Positions 39,262-49,302 of a stretch of DNA of 64,000 nucleotides are shown piece after piece; the first letter of the stretch is position 1, and each line of letters opens with the position of its first letter. Where the stretch lies: NCBI GenBank assembly GCA_943787795.1, contig CALSNU010000002.1, forward strand, positions 512,001-576,000. The letters are read 5' to 3'. The position numbers and the translations under genes were made by a program. This DNA comes from an uncultured bacterium (GTDB lineage Bacteria > Planctomycetota > UBA1135 > GCA-002686595). Below the pieces are notes generated by a model that searched no databases, was not told where the DNA came from, and saw only the letters and a list, made by a program, of their open reading frames with translations.

Positions 39262-41360
39262 ATGAATCTCTCTCGATCTCTCCTCACCACAGCAGCCTTT
39301 GCTGCGCTCGGCTCCGTCGCCAGCGCACAGCTGCAGGTCCGCTCCATCGACTTCGAGTCCGCTGACCCGGCTTCGCCTGGACCCGGGGTCAGTGACCTTG
39401 GCTTCGGGAACTTCGTGACGGTCTTTGACCCCTCCGGCGGCTACCTCTTCGGCTACGGCGTCTTCCCGCCGAACAACACCGAGGGCGAATGCGCCCTGCT
39501 CGTGTCCGGCCTCGGCACGCCGAGCAACGGCCAGTCGCTGCAGACCAACAGCAACTACAACAACACCACCGAGCACGGCAACGGCAACATCCTCGAGACG
39601 AACACGTTCTTCGAGCAGAACATCACCGCCGACAGCTTCGGGGACACCTGGACGCTTGACTTCGACTACCTGAAGGCCAACTGCGACGCCAACCCCGCGG
39701 GGACGACGACGGCCGCCTTCATCAAGGTCCTCGATCCCGCGAGCGGCTTCGCCACGGTGTACTACGACCCGATCGACACCACCGGCGCGGACTGCGTGAA
39801 CTGGACCAGCGCGAGCACCAGCGTCACGATCGACTCCGCCTGGGGCGGTCACATCCTCCAGGTCGGCTTCACCAACCGCTGCTCCAATAACGATGACTCG
39901 CGGCGCGTGTACGACAACATCGAGTGGCAGGGCCCCCCGCCCCCGCCGCCCACGATGAACGAGTACGCCCAGGACTTCGACGGCCCTGGACATCACCAAC
40001 GGCGACGCGCTCTCAAACGAGGGCTGGATCATCTTCGCCAACGTCTTCGACCCCGCCGGTGGCTACCTCTACGGCTACGGCACCTTCCCGGCGCCGAACC
40101 CCGGGATCGGCTTCTCCGCCATCACCGACACCCAGCAGGCCGCCGACCAGGGCTCCCAGAGCCTCGTGGTCTACAGCGACTACAACAACGGTGATCACGC
40201 CAACGGCAACTACATCGAGGCCTCGGTCTTCAAGGAGCAGACCGTCGAGGCGGCCAACATCGGCCAGACCGCGATCTTCTCGTTCGACGTGAAGAAGAGT
40301 GACTTCGTCGGCAACGGCCAGGGCGACGCCCAGATGTTCGCCTTCATAAAGATCCTCGACCCCTCGGCCCGGCTTCGCGACCATCCGCCAGACGCGCCTC
40401 GACGTGACCGACAACAGCATCCGCAACTGGGAGAACGCCACGCTGACGATGGCGCTCGACCCGGGCACGGAAGGCAAGATCTTCCAGATCGGCTTTGGTA
40501 GCTACGCCAGCAACTACGACGACACCGGCGTCCTCTACGACAACATCGAGCTCTCCTTCCTCGACATCGACAACTCCCCTTCGACGAATCTCTACACCGT
40601 GGTCGAAGACGGCGTCACGCTCTTCAACCCCGAGTTCGCCACGGACTCTGGTGTCGCCATGTGCACCATGCTGGGCGGCAACAACGACCTCTGGTTCGCC
40701 TACTTCGCCGAGGCCGACGCTAACATCAACTTTGACCTCTGCGGCTCTGACTTCGACACGGTCATATCCGTGTATGACGGATTCACTGGCCAAAACGTCG
40801 GCTGCAACGACGACTCCTGCGGACTCCGGAGCGCTCTCACGATCTCGGGCACCGCGGGAACTCCTTACGTCATCCAGGTGAGCGGTTGGGGTACCACCCC
40901 TGAGTTCGGCAACGGCGTGCTCACGATCTCCGAGGGTCTCGGCTCCACGATCTGCTCCGCGCAGGCCAACGAGTCCGGCGGTGGAGCAGTGATCACGGCC
41001 ACCGGTAGCCCGGTCGCCACAGACAACACGCTGACCCTCGCCGTCCGGGACCTCCCGGCCAACACGATGGGTTACTTCCTGACGTCGAGCGACGCGACGT
41101 ACCTGGCGAACCCCGGCGGTTCGGCGGGCAACCTCTGCATCGCAAGCCTCAGCATCGGTCGCTACGCGGGCGCCGTCCAGACCTCCGACGGAGCTGGCGC
41201 GGTCAGCTTCCCGGTGGACCTGACGGCCATCCCCGGCCCGACCGGCCCGTCGTCCGTGATGGCTGGTGATACGCGCTTCTTCCAGTACTGGTCGCGCGAC
41301 TCTGCCGGTGGCAACCCGACGTCGAACTTCTCGACGGCCGTGAGTATCACCTTCCAGTGA
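39262..41360 (+). CDS. Secreted multidomain protein with duplicated N-terminal domain and lineage-typical C-terminal domain; two apparent +1 frameshifts
   Basis: Signal peptide; three ORF-track pieces in successive frames join at about 39984 and 40368; internal duplication VFDPSGGYLFGYGVFP / VFDPAGGYLYGYGTFP and AFIKVLDP / AFIKILDP. Confidence 0.8.
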
Positions 41361-41394
41361 TCGCTCGCCCACGCCCTCGGGCGTGACTGGAATC

Positions 41395-41431
41395 AGAGAG
41401 CCCCCTCGGCGAGCTGCCGGGGGGGCTCTCT
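41395..41431 (+). terminator. Probable intrinsic terminator hairpin
   Basis: AGAGAGCCCCCTCGGC-GAGCT-GCCGGGGGGGCTCTCT after the stop at 41360. Confidence 0.7.
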
Positions 41432-41532
41432 CAATTCTCCGGGCAGCCGTGGCGTCCGGACCTCACCGGTGGCAACAGATTGGCCCCCTCTCCGTCTGAA
41501 AGCCCCGGCGCTCTCCGGTAGGCTCTGCTGCG

Positions 41533-42561
41533 ATGGCACCCGACGAGTCGAAGAAGCTGACGCGCGCCGCCAAGCGGCAGCTCAAGCGCGAGAAGAAGGC
41601 GTCGAAGAAGAAGAGGAACTTCTTCGTCCGGGGGCTCGTGGTCCTGCTCCCCGCCGTGCTGACGATCTTCGTCTTCGCCACGGTGGTGCAGTTCGTGAAC
41701 ACGTACCTCACGAAGCCCATCAACGCGACCATCCTCACCGTCCTCGACGGGAACTCCCTGGGGTGGCAGGCCCTGGGCCTGATGGACGTGGACCCGCGGG
41801 CACAGCAGTTTGTCGACTTCGACCAGCTCCCCATCGACCTCCAGGCCCGGATCGGGCAGGGGCGGGAGCTCGGAGAGCTCGGCTCTCAGGCCGCTCAAGC
41901 CGCCATCGAGAACTTCCGCACGGACCGCTACACCTGGATCCGGAACCTGGAGAAGCTGGCCATCGACCGGGAGAAGCTGCGGTCGGCGACACCGGTCCCG
42001 GAGTGGATCGGGATCCTGCTCGCCGCGGTCATCGTGCTCTTCCTGGGGTACCTGGCGAGCGGCTTCCTGGGCCGTGGCCTGATCGCGAGCTTCGACAAGG
42101 CCCTGACCCGGATCCCCATCGTCCGGTCGGTCTACCCGTACACCAAGAAGCTGGTGGACTTCTTCCTCTCGGACAACGAGCTGGAGTTCGACACCGTGGT
42201 CGCCGCTCCGTACCCGAGCGAGGGCGTCTGGGCCATCGGCTTCGTGACCGGCGGGGGGCTCAAGAGCATCCACGCGGAGCTGGGTGGCAACTTCCTCTCG
42301 GTGTTCATTCCCACCTCGCCCATGCCGATGACCGGGTTCACCGTCTTCATCGAGGCCGAGCGCCTCATCCCGCTCGACATCTCCGTGGACGAGGCGCTAC
42401 GCGTGACGGTCTCTGCCGGTGTGCTGGTCCCCGAGAGCGAGCAGGTCTCCACCCTCGACGAGACCCACGAGCGCTGGCAGGCGTTGGGCATGGACAGCGC
42501 GACGGGCAAGCCCAAGGCCCGCAAGGGCTCCAGCGACCCCAAGGACCCCGAGGACTCCTGA
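41533..42561 (+). CDS. DUF502 domain membrane protein
   Basis: FFVRGL.VLLP.VLT, RIPIVRSVY...K, V.APYP..G.W.IGFVT, VFIPTSP.P.TGF, SVDEALR..VSAG. Confidence 0.9.
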   Translation: MAPDESKKLTRAAKRQLKREKKASKKKRNFFVRGLVVLLPAVLTIFVFATVVQFVNTYLTKPINATILTVLDGNSLGWQALGLMDVDPRAQQFVDFDQLPIDLQARIGQGRELGELGSQAAQAAIENFRTDRYTWIRNLEKLAIDREKLRSATPVPEWIGILLAAVIVLFLGYLASGFLGRGLIASFDKALTRIPIVRSVYPYTKKLVDFFLSDNELEFDTVVAAPYPSEGVWAIGFVTGGGLKSIHAELGGNFLSVFIPTSPMPMTGFTVFIEAERLIPLDISVDEALRVTVSAGVLVPESEQVSTLDETHERWQALGMDSATGKPKARKGSSDPKDPEDS

Positions 42562-43478
42562 TGCGGCCCTTCGGCGACCGACTTCACGACGCCGTCGAAC
42601 GGGTCGGGAACCCCTGCGTCGTCGGGCTCGACCCCCACCTCGCCCACCTCCCCGACGAGTACGCGGTGGCCCGCGACCCGTCGGCCTCGAGGGCGGAGCG
42701 CGCCCGAGCCATCGGGGACTTCCTGTGCGAGATCATCGACGCCGCGGCCGGCAAGGTGCCCGCGGTGAAGCCCCAGTCGGCGTTCTTCGAGGTCTTCGGG
42801 GCGGACGGCGTGGCGGAGTTCGAGCGCGTGGTCGCCGCCTCCAAGGACGCGGGCCTGCTCGTCATCGGCGACGTCAAGCGTGGGGACATCGGGAGCACGG
42901 CGGCGGCTTATGCCCAGGCGTTCCTGCGGGGGATCGAGGGACAGGACCCGAGGACCCTCTGCGACTCCATCACGGTCAACCCCTACCTCGGGTCAGACTC
43001 CGTCGCCCCCATCGTCGACGAGTGCAGGGCCACAGGAGGCGGCATGTACGTCCTGGTGCGGACCTCGAACCCCTCCAGCGCCGAGTTCCAGGCCCTCTCC
43101 ACCGAGGGCTGCGAGGGTGGACCGGCGCTCCTGGCCGACCGCGTCGCGGGGGCCGTGGAGCGCTGGGGTCAGGACCTGGTGGGCGACAGCGGCTGGAGCT
43201 CGGTGGGCGCCGTGGTGGGGGCGACTCACCCCGACGAGCTCGCGCGGCTGCGCCGCCTGATGCCCCAGACCCCCCTGTTGCTGCCCGGCTATGGAGCCCA
43301 GGGCGCGGGCGCCGCGGACATCGTGGGCGGCTTCGGGGACGGGCTGCAGGGCGCCCTGGTGAACTCCTCCCGAGGCATCCTCTTCGCGGGCAAGAATCAG
43401 CCAGAGAAGCACTGGAAGGACGCCGCAGCCGGGGCCATGGACGCGATGGCGGCTGAGCTCCGCGCCGCGCTCCTTTGA
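42561..43478 (+). CDS. pyrF: Orotidine-5'-phosphate decarboxylase
   Basis: VGLDP, KPQSAFFE, DVKRGDIGST, TVNPYLG, RTSNP, GAVVGAT, PGYGAQG, NSSRGI. Confidence 0.95.
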   Translation: MRPFGDRLHDAVERVGNPCVVGLDPHLAHLPDEYAVARDPSASRAERARAIGDFLCEIIDAAAGKVPAVKPQSAFFEVFGADGVAEFERVVAASKDAGLLVIGDVKRGDIGSTAAAYAQAFLRGIEGQDPRTLCDSITVNPYLGSDSVAPIVDECRATGGGMYVLVRTSNPSSAEFQALSTEGCEGGPALLADRVAGAVERWGQDLVGDSGWSSVGAVVGATHPDELARLRRLMPQTPLLLPGYGAQGAGAADIVGGFGDGLQGALVNSSRGILFAGKNQPEKHWKDAAAGAMDAMAAELRAALL

Positions 43479-45163
43479 TGAAGACCCGAGTCCAGCACCT
43501 CCCCGCCGACGTCCACGGGCTCTCGGCCCTGGCGCGTGAGGGCATCTCATCCGGCGCGGCCTTCAGCCCGGTCCCCGTGATCGCCCGGCTGGAGGACATC
43601 GGGGAGCCCGACGAGCGCCTCGGCGTGGAGGAGCGCGGCGCCCTGGTGGAGCTCCTCGATGGCGGCCTCCTCGAGGCCCAGCTCGCCCTCGCACCCGCGG
43701 CCCGGGACAACCTCGAGTCGCTGCGGCGCGAGGGCGTGCCCTGCGTCCTCACGGGTCAGCAGCCGGGCTTCCTCACCTCGCCGCTCTACTGCCTCTACAA
43801 GGCCCTGCAGGCGTGCAAGGTGGCCCAGGAGCTCTCCCGCCGCTGGGGAGTCCCCGTGGTCCCCGTCTTCTGGAATCACGCCGACGACCACGACATCGCC
43901 GAGGTGCATCACGCCTGGCAGCTCAACCGGAACCTGGACCTCCAGAAGGTGGGGCTCGCCGGGCTCGCCTCGGGGCGCACCCCGGTGGGCGAGCTGCCCA
44001 TCAGCGCCGAGGCCCAGAGGCTCGACGCGGTCAGAGCCCAGCTACGGGGCGTCGTCGAGGAGCACGCCGGGGCGGACGCCGCCCTGGACCTGTTCTTGCC
44101 GCGGGATGGAGAGACCCTTGCGCGGGCCTTCTCGAGGACCCTCAACGAGCTCGCCGGCCACCACGGCCTCGTCGTGTGCGAGCCCGCCTGGATCCGCCCG
44201 ACCCTCTCCAGTGAGATGGCTCGGCTGGTGTCGGGACCCGGTGCCTCGATGGGCCTGGCGGACGCCCTGCGCGCAGGCGAGGCCGAGCTCGCCGACCTGG
44301 GGCTCGCGACCGCGATCCCCGTGGACGGCCGAGACCGAGACCCGGGCGCTGCGCTGGTCTACCAGCACCTCGACGCCGAGGGAGCTTCGCGGGCGGAGCG
44401 CACCGCGCACCGCGCGAGCCCCGGTGGCTTCCTGAGGGACGGGGACGCCGGCGAGCGGACCGCGGCGGAGGTCGGCAGCCTGATCGTGGGTGAGCCGGGA
44501 CGCTGGTCCGCGGGCGCGCTGGTCCGCCCCCTGGTCCAGGACGCCGTCTTCCCCACCTGCGCCTACATCGGCGGACTCGGCGAGCTCGCCTACCACGCCC
44601 AGCTCGGACCCGCCCGCGACCGCGCGGGGCAGCCCAGGACCCCCTTCGTGCCGCGGGTCTCCCTGACCCTCGTGGATGGGGACACCCGCTATGCCCTCGG
44701 CCGGGTCGAGGCCGGGGTTGAGGAGGTGCTGCGTGCCTCGGGCTCCTTCACGCCCGCGACCGAGGAATACGGCGAGCCCGAGGTCATCAGCGCCCTCCGC
44801 CGGGTCAGCGAGGAGGCCTCGGCCGCCCTGACCGCCCACCGCTCGGAGCTCGCGGAGCTCGAGCCAGCCCTCGGCATCACCCTCAAGAAGACCGCCGAGC
44901 ACGTGCGCAGCTCCATCGGCAAGGTGATCGACAAGGCCACCCGCGTGCACCAGAACCGCGCCGGCAAGGGCGCGCGCCAGGTGCGTCGGGTCAACCACAC
45001 CCTCATGCCCCGCGGCGTGCCCCAGGAGCGCGTCGTCGGGCCGTTCCAGTTCGTGGCGCGCTTCGGGCCCGACTTCGTGGACGCCCTCTGGCGCGAGCTC
45101 CCTCCCGCCGCCACCGAACACCTCGTCCTCCATCTGGAGGACGACGAAGGAGACCCGCAATGA
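43478..45163 (+). CDS. bshC: Bacillithiol cysteine-adding enzyme BshC
   Basis: TGQQ.G....PLY..YKA, PVFW...DHD..EV, RPLVQD..FPT.AYIGG.GELAY.AQL, PQER. Confidence 0.88.
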   Translation: MKTRVQHLPADVHGLSALAREGISSGAAFSPVPVIARLEDIGEPDERLGVEERGALVELLDGGLLEAQLALAPAARDNLESLRREGVPCVLTGQQPGFLTSPLYCLYKALQACKVAQELSRRWGVPVVPVFWNHADDHDIAEVHHAWQLNRNLDLQKVGLAGLASGRTPVGELPISAEAQRLDAVRAQLRGVVEEHAGADAALDLFLPRDGETLARAFSRTLNELAGHHGLVVCEPAWIRPTLSSEMARLVSGPGASMGLADALRAGEAELADLGLATAIPVDGRDRDPGAALVYQHLDAEGASRAERTAHRASPGGFLRDGDAGERTAAEVGSLIVGEPGRWSAGALVRPLVQDAVFPTCAYIGGLGELAYHAQLGPARDRAGQPRTPFVPRVSLTLVDGDTRYALGRVEAGVEEVLRASGSFTPATEEYGEPEVISALRRVSEEASAALTAHRSELAELEPALGITLKKTAEHVRSSIGKVIDKATRVHQNRAGKGARQVRRVNHTLMPRGVPQERVVGPFQFVARFGPDFVDALWRELPPAATEHLVLHLEDDEGDPQ

Positions 45164-45891
45164 CAACGCTCGACGTGCTCGTGATCGCCGCTCACCCGGA
45201 CGACGCGGAGATCTCCGCCGGCGGGACCATCCTCCGGCTCGTCGACGCCGGCGCGCGCGTCGGCGTGCTCGACGTGACCCGCGGCGAGATGGGGACGCGC
45301 GGGACCCGTGATGACCGCGACGCCGAGACGGCCCGCGCCACCGAGGTGCTGGGGCTCGCCTGGCGCGGCAACCTGAACCTGCCGGACGGCAGGGTCCAGG
45401 CCGCGCCCGAGGCCCGCGAGGAGGTCGCTCGCCACCTGCGGGAGCTCGCGCCCGACCTCGTCCTCGCGCACCACGCCCACGACCCCCACCCCGACCACGA
45501 GGCGAGCGCCCTGCTCGCCCGCCAGGGGTGGTACCTCTCGGGACTCGGTCAGCTGGCCAAGCAGGCCGGCGGGCCCGCCGCGCGTCGCCCCGCGCAGCTC
45601 GCGCACTTCATGTCCCACGTCCCCTTCGAGCCGACCTTCATCGTCGACATCGAACCGGTCTGGGAGCGCAAGCGCGAGGCCATCCTGGCCTACGCCACCC
45701 AGCTCGAGCGGTCCGACGAGGGCGACGAGGGCAAGCACCTGCTCTACGGGGCCGACATCCTCGAGCGCGTGGAGACCAAGGCTCGCACCTACGGCGAGCG
45801 GATCCGCCGCCGCTACGGGGAGCCGCTGCTGACCACCGAGCCCGTCGCGCTCGACTCGCCGTTGATCCGCTGGCTTGGCGCCCGGCGCTGA
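45160..45891 (+). CDS. bshB1: Bacillithiol deacetylase BshB1 (PIG-L family)
   Basis: AAHPDDAE, TRGEMGTRG, HPDH, P.FIVDI; adjacent to bshC. Confidence 0.88.
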   Translation: MTTLDVLVIAAHPDDAEISAGGTILRLVDAGARVGVLDVTRGEMGTRGTRDDRDAETARATEVLGLAWRGNLNLPDGRVQAAPEAREEVARHLRELAPDLVLAHHAHDPHPDHEASALLARQGWYLSGLGQLAKQAGGPAARRPAQLAHFMSHVPFEPTFIVDIEPVWERKREAILAYATQLERSDEGDEGKHLLYGADILERVETKARTYGERIRRRYGEPLLTTEPVALDSPLIRWLGARR

Positions 45892-46024
45892 GCGAGCCCC
45901 CCCTTCCGGCGCCCCCCCGCACCGCACCTCCCCTGCAGCCTCTGGCCACGTTCCACGCCCCGCAGCCGTGGGAACTGGGTCCAATTGCGCCTATCCTCTG
46001 AGCCCAAGCCTTCCGAGAGCCACC

Positions 46025-46801
46025 ATGCAGAACACCTCCAACAACCCCGTCCTGAAGGATTCCGTCTTCAGCGGGACCTCGTTCCAGTCGCAGAGCGGCG
46101 CCGTCGCGACCCAGATGACCGTGCAGGGCACGATGGCGAAGACCGCCTTCCTGCTGCTCGCCGTCATGCTGTCGGCGGCCTACACGTGGAAGCTCGCCAT
46201 CGACGACCCCGGCAAGGCCATGCCCTGGATGATCGGCGGCGGACTCGTCGGCTTCATCGTCGCCATGGTGATCAGCTTCAAGCCGAGGTTGGCGCCTTCG
46301 CTGGCGGTCCCCTACGCCCTCCTGGAGGGCCTCTTCCTGGGGGCCATCTCCGCGTTCATCGCCCAGAGGGTGCCCGCCGACTCCGGCATCGGGGGCGGCA
46401 TCGTCTTCCAGGCCGTGGTGCTGACCTTCACCACCGCGCTCTCGATGCTCGCGCTCTATGCCTTCCGTATCATCCGCGTCACCGAGAAGCTGCGCTCCAT
46501 CGTCATGGCGGCCACGGGCGCGGTGATGCTGTTCTACCTCGTCTCGTTCGCGCTCAGCCTCTTCGGCGTGCAGATGGCCATGCTGCACGGCTCAGGAACC
46601 CTGAGCATTGGCATCTCCCTCTTCGTCATCGGGCTGGCCGCCTTCAACCTGCTGCTCGACTTCGACTTCATCGAGCGGGGGGCCCGCCACGGGGCGCCCA
46701 AGGCCATGGAGTGGTTCGGCGCCTTCGCGCTGATGGTCACCCTGGTCTGGCTCTACCTCGAGATTCTGCGCTTGCTCGCGAAGTTCAGCCGACGAGACTG
46801 A
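46025..46801 (+). CDS. Bax inhibitor-1/YccA family membrane protein
   Basis: MTVQGT..KT, YA..EG.FLG.IS, IRVTEK, NLLLDFDFIE, EW..AF.L.VTLVWLYLEILRLL. Confidence 0.9.
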   Translation: MQNTSNNPVLKDSVFSGTSFQSQSGAVATQMTVQGTMAKTAFLLLAVMLSAAYTWKLAIDDPGKAMPWMIGGGLVGFIVAMVISFKPRLAPSLAVPYALLEGLFLGAISAFIAQRVPADSGIGGGIVFQAVVLTFTTALSMLALYAFRIIRVTEKLRSIVMAATGAVMLFYLVSFALSLFGVQMAMLHGSGTLSIGISLFVIGLAAFNLLLDFDFIERGARHGAPKAMEWFGAFALMVTLVWLYLEILRLLAKFSRRD

Positions 46802-46837
46802 CCCCTGCGCGGGACGGCGAGGTGGAGGACCGGCCGG

Positions 46838-47452
46838 CTAGTGGTCGGTGAACAGGTACCACCAGCCGTCCCGGACCGGCGCCGCCAGCAGCAGGTCGAC
46901 GCCGGGGGGGCTGCCCTCCTTCATCCGGGTCGGGCCCCGTTCGAGCAGGACGTGCTCCACGGGTTCCTCCGTCGAGAGGGGGAGCGCAGCGCGCTCATCC
47001 GTGGAGCGCGCCGGATCCTCGAGCACGAAGCGGCCGTGACCGTTGAGGCTGCGGTCGCTCTCGATCGGGACGATCGCCGCGCCCTGCCCCGGGGGGTCGA
47101 GCCGGGCGAAGGCTCGCTCCACCGGCCCGTCCAGGAAGCGCAGCGAGGAGAGGCGGGCGGTGCCGAACAACAGCGCGAGCCCGAGGACCGAGCAGGCGAG
47201 GAACACGCCCGCGATGCGCCGCCGTGGATAGGAGACCGACATCCGGACGAACGCGAACATCAGCCCGCAGGCGAGCCAGGTCGGCACGAAGACCAGGAAC
47301 AGCGTGCCGAGTCCCCACTGCTCCCCCGGCAGGAGCTGGAGCCGGAAGTAGAGGGACAGGCCGCCGGGGACGAGGGCCCAGGCCATGAAGGTCAGCACCG
47401 AGAGCCGGTTCGCGGCGGCGGGCCGGAGGCCGATCCTGTTCGTGGGTTCCAT
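46838..47452 (-). CDS. Hypothetical membrane protein
   Basis: Three N-terminal TM segments; C-terminal DGWWY motif. Confidence 0.6.
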   Translation of the reverse strand: MEPTNRIGLRPAAANRLSVLTFMAWALVPGGLSLYFRLQLLPGEQWGLGTLFLVFVPTWLACGLMFAFVRMSVSYPRRRIAGVFLACSVLGLALLFGTARLSSLRFLDGPVERAFARLDPPGQGAAIVPIESDRSLNGHGRFVLEDPARSTDERAALPLSTEEPVEHVLLERGPTRMKEGSPPGVDLLLAAPVRDGWWYLFTDH

Positions 47453-47576
47453 GGGCAACGGGCGGGCCGAGCGGCGCTCGAAGAACCCTAATTCGAAGTG
47501 CGTGGAGAAACCAACGCCATCCCCCCCCGGCTCCCGGCGCGGGCGAGCCCCCGGGGGTAGACTGCGGGCCGAGCTC

Positions 47577-49229
47577 ATGCGGCGAATTGCGATCATCAAC
47601 CAGAAGGGCGGAGTCGGAAAGACCACCACCGCCGTCAACCTCGGCGCGGCCCTGGCGCGCCTGGGCCGCCGGGTCCTCGTGGTCGACATGGACCCCCAGG
47701 CGAACGCGTCCCAGAACCTGGGCGCCGAGCTCGAGCCGGGCGAGCCCTCGACCTACTCCCTCCTGACCCAGGCGGGGAGTGTCGCTGACACCGTCCGGGG
47801 CACCTCGACGCCCGGGCTCTCGGTGCTACCCGCCCACCTCGATCTGTCGGGCGCCGAGCTCGAGCTGGCGAGCGCCATCGGGCGGGAGAGCATCCTCAAG
47901 GACGCGCTCGACGACTGGGAGAACGAGGAGCTGGAGCGCAGCGGCCGATCGCCCGCCGACATCGTGCTCATCGACAATCCCCCGAGCCTTGGGCTCCTGT
48001 CGGTGAACGGGCTGACGGCCTCGAGCGAGGTCCTGATCGCCGTGCAGACCGAGTTCTTCGCTCTCCAGGGGCTGAGCAAGCTGGTCGAGATCGTCCAGCT
48101 CTTGCGGCGTCGGATGAAGCCCGATCTCGAGATCACCGGCGTGCTGGCGTGCATGTACGACAGCCGCCTGCGCCTCGCGCGGGAGGTGCTCGGGGAGCTG
48201 CGATCGCACTTCCCAGAGCAGCTCTTCAAGCGGCCCATCGCCCAGAACGTGAAGCTCGCCGAGACCCCGAGCTTCTCCCGGACCATCTTCGAGTACGCGC
48301 CTGAGTCCAAGGGCGCAGAGGACTACCTGGCTGTGGCCCGGGAGTTCCTCGAACGAGAGGGTGCTGAGTCCGAGGACGAGAGCCGCTCCGTCGAGGCCCC
48401 ACCAGGCGCGCGGCCGAGAGGGCCGCACCTGGACTGGCTGGCCGCCCAGACCCTGATCGCCGCCCCCGCAGACCCGAGGGGTCTCCCGGCCGACGATGTC
48501 CCGGGCCCGTCCCCCGCGGTGGCCGGAGCCGCGCCCCCGTCTACCGCGCCCCCATCTACCGAGGTCGTGGGCGATGAGGGTCCAGCGGCCGAGCCCGCGG
48601 CGACCGAGCCCGTTCCGGCAGCGGCTCCCTCCCTTGGAGCTCCGACCGATGAGCCCCCGGCTGCTGAGGCTCCGGCTGCTGAGGCCCTGACCGCTGAGAC
48701 CTCGACAGCCGAGAATCCGGCAAGCGAGGAGCCGACCGCCCAGACCGTGACGTCCGGCGTACTCGTCGACTCCCGGGGCAGCCTTGGAGACGAGGCGGCT
48801 CCACCCGACGGCTGCCGGCCTGAGCCGGAGCCTGAGCCTGAGAGCAGGGTCAGGATGAGCGCTGAGCCTGGGGCCGAAGAAGAGGACCCCGTCGTGGCTG
48901 AAGCGCTCGCGCCACGGGCCGCTGAAGACCCCGATAGCGGCCCCCCAGGGGAGATCGAAGGAACGGCCCAAGCCGCTGAAGGGAAACCTCTTACGGCCGC
49001 CAATCCTGACGCGGGCGCGCCGGCGCAGCCTCCGGAGAGGCCGGTCTACGCCAAGGGCTCGCGGGCCGCGGAGCGGGGCCTTGAGCGGGCGCCCTGGACG
49101 TCGGGGTCCACTGAGAAGTCCACTTGGAGGTCCACCGCGGAATCCACCGCGGCATCCACTGAGGGGTTCTCTGAGGGGTCCGCCGTGGACCCCTCAGGGG
49201 CATCGCCGGTGGAGCCTGCGACCCGGTGA
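47577..49229 (+). CDS. parA: ParA/Soj family ATPase with long acidic low-complexity C-terminal extension
   Basis: NQKGGVGKTT deviant Walker A, VDMDPQAN, IDNPPSLG, QTEFFALQG, NVKLAETPS; about 290 aa A/E/P/S-rich tail. Confidence 0.88.
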   Translation: MRRIAIINQKGGVGKTTTAVNLGAALARLGRRVLVVDMDPQANASQNLGAELEPGEPSTYSLLTQAGSVADTVRGTSTPGLSVLPAHLDLSGAELELASAIGRESILKDALDDWENEELERSGRSPADIVLIDNPPSLGLLSVNGLTASSEVLIAVQTEFFALQGLSKLVEIVQLLRRRMKPDLEITGVLACMYDSRLRLAREVLGELRSHFPEQLFKRPIAQNVKLAETPSFSRTIFEYAPESKGAEDYLAVAREFLEREGAESEDESRSVEAPPGARPRGPHLDWLAAQTLIAAPADPRGLPADDVPGPSPAVAGAAPPSTAPPSTEVVGDEGPAAEPAATEPVPAAAPSLGAPTDEPPAAEAPAAEALTAETSTAENPASEEPTAQTVTSGVLVDSRGSLGDEAAPPDGCRPEPEPEPESRVRMSAEPGAEEEDPVVAEALAPRAAEDPDSGPPGEIEGTAQAAEGKPLTAANPDAGAPAQPPERPVYAKGSRAAERGLERAPWTSGSTEKSTWRSTAESTAASTEGFSEGSAVDPSGASPVEPATR

Positions 49230-49302
49230 ACCCGTCTCAGGTCGCGGGATTTCGCAGCACGCGGACCCTCGACGAACGGCGGCCGCCGACCATGATCGTC
49301 CC

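Noticed and set aside
41469..42560. Apparent N-terminal fusion to PyrF in the ORF track (similarly 6175-8331, 22148-23419, 37370 start)
   Set aside because: The extensions are off-frame readings of neighbouring genes; real starts are downstream with coupled stop/start overlaps or RBS.
45950..45975. GTTCCACG...CGTGGGAAC, parS-like halves
   Set aside because: Halves are separated by a spacer and imperfect; more likely an ordinary hairpin.
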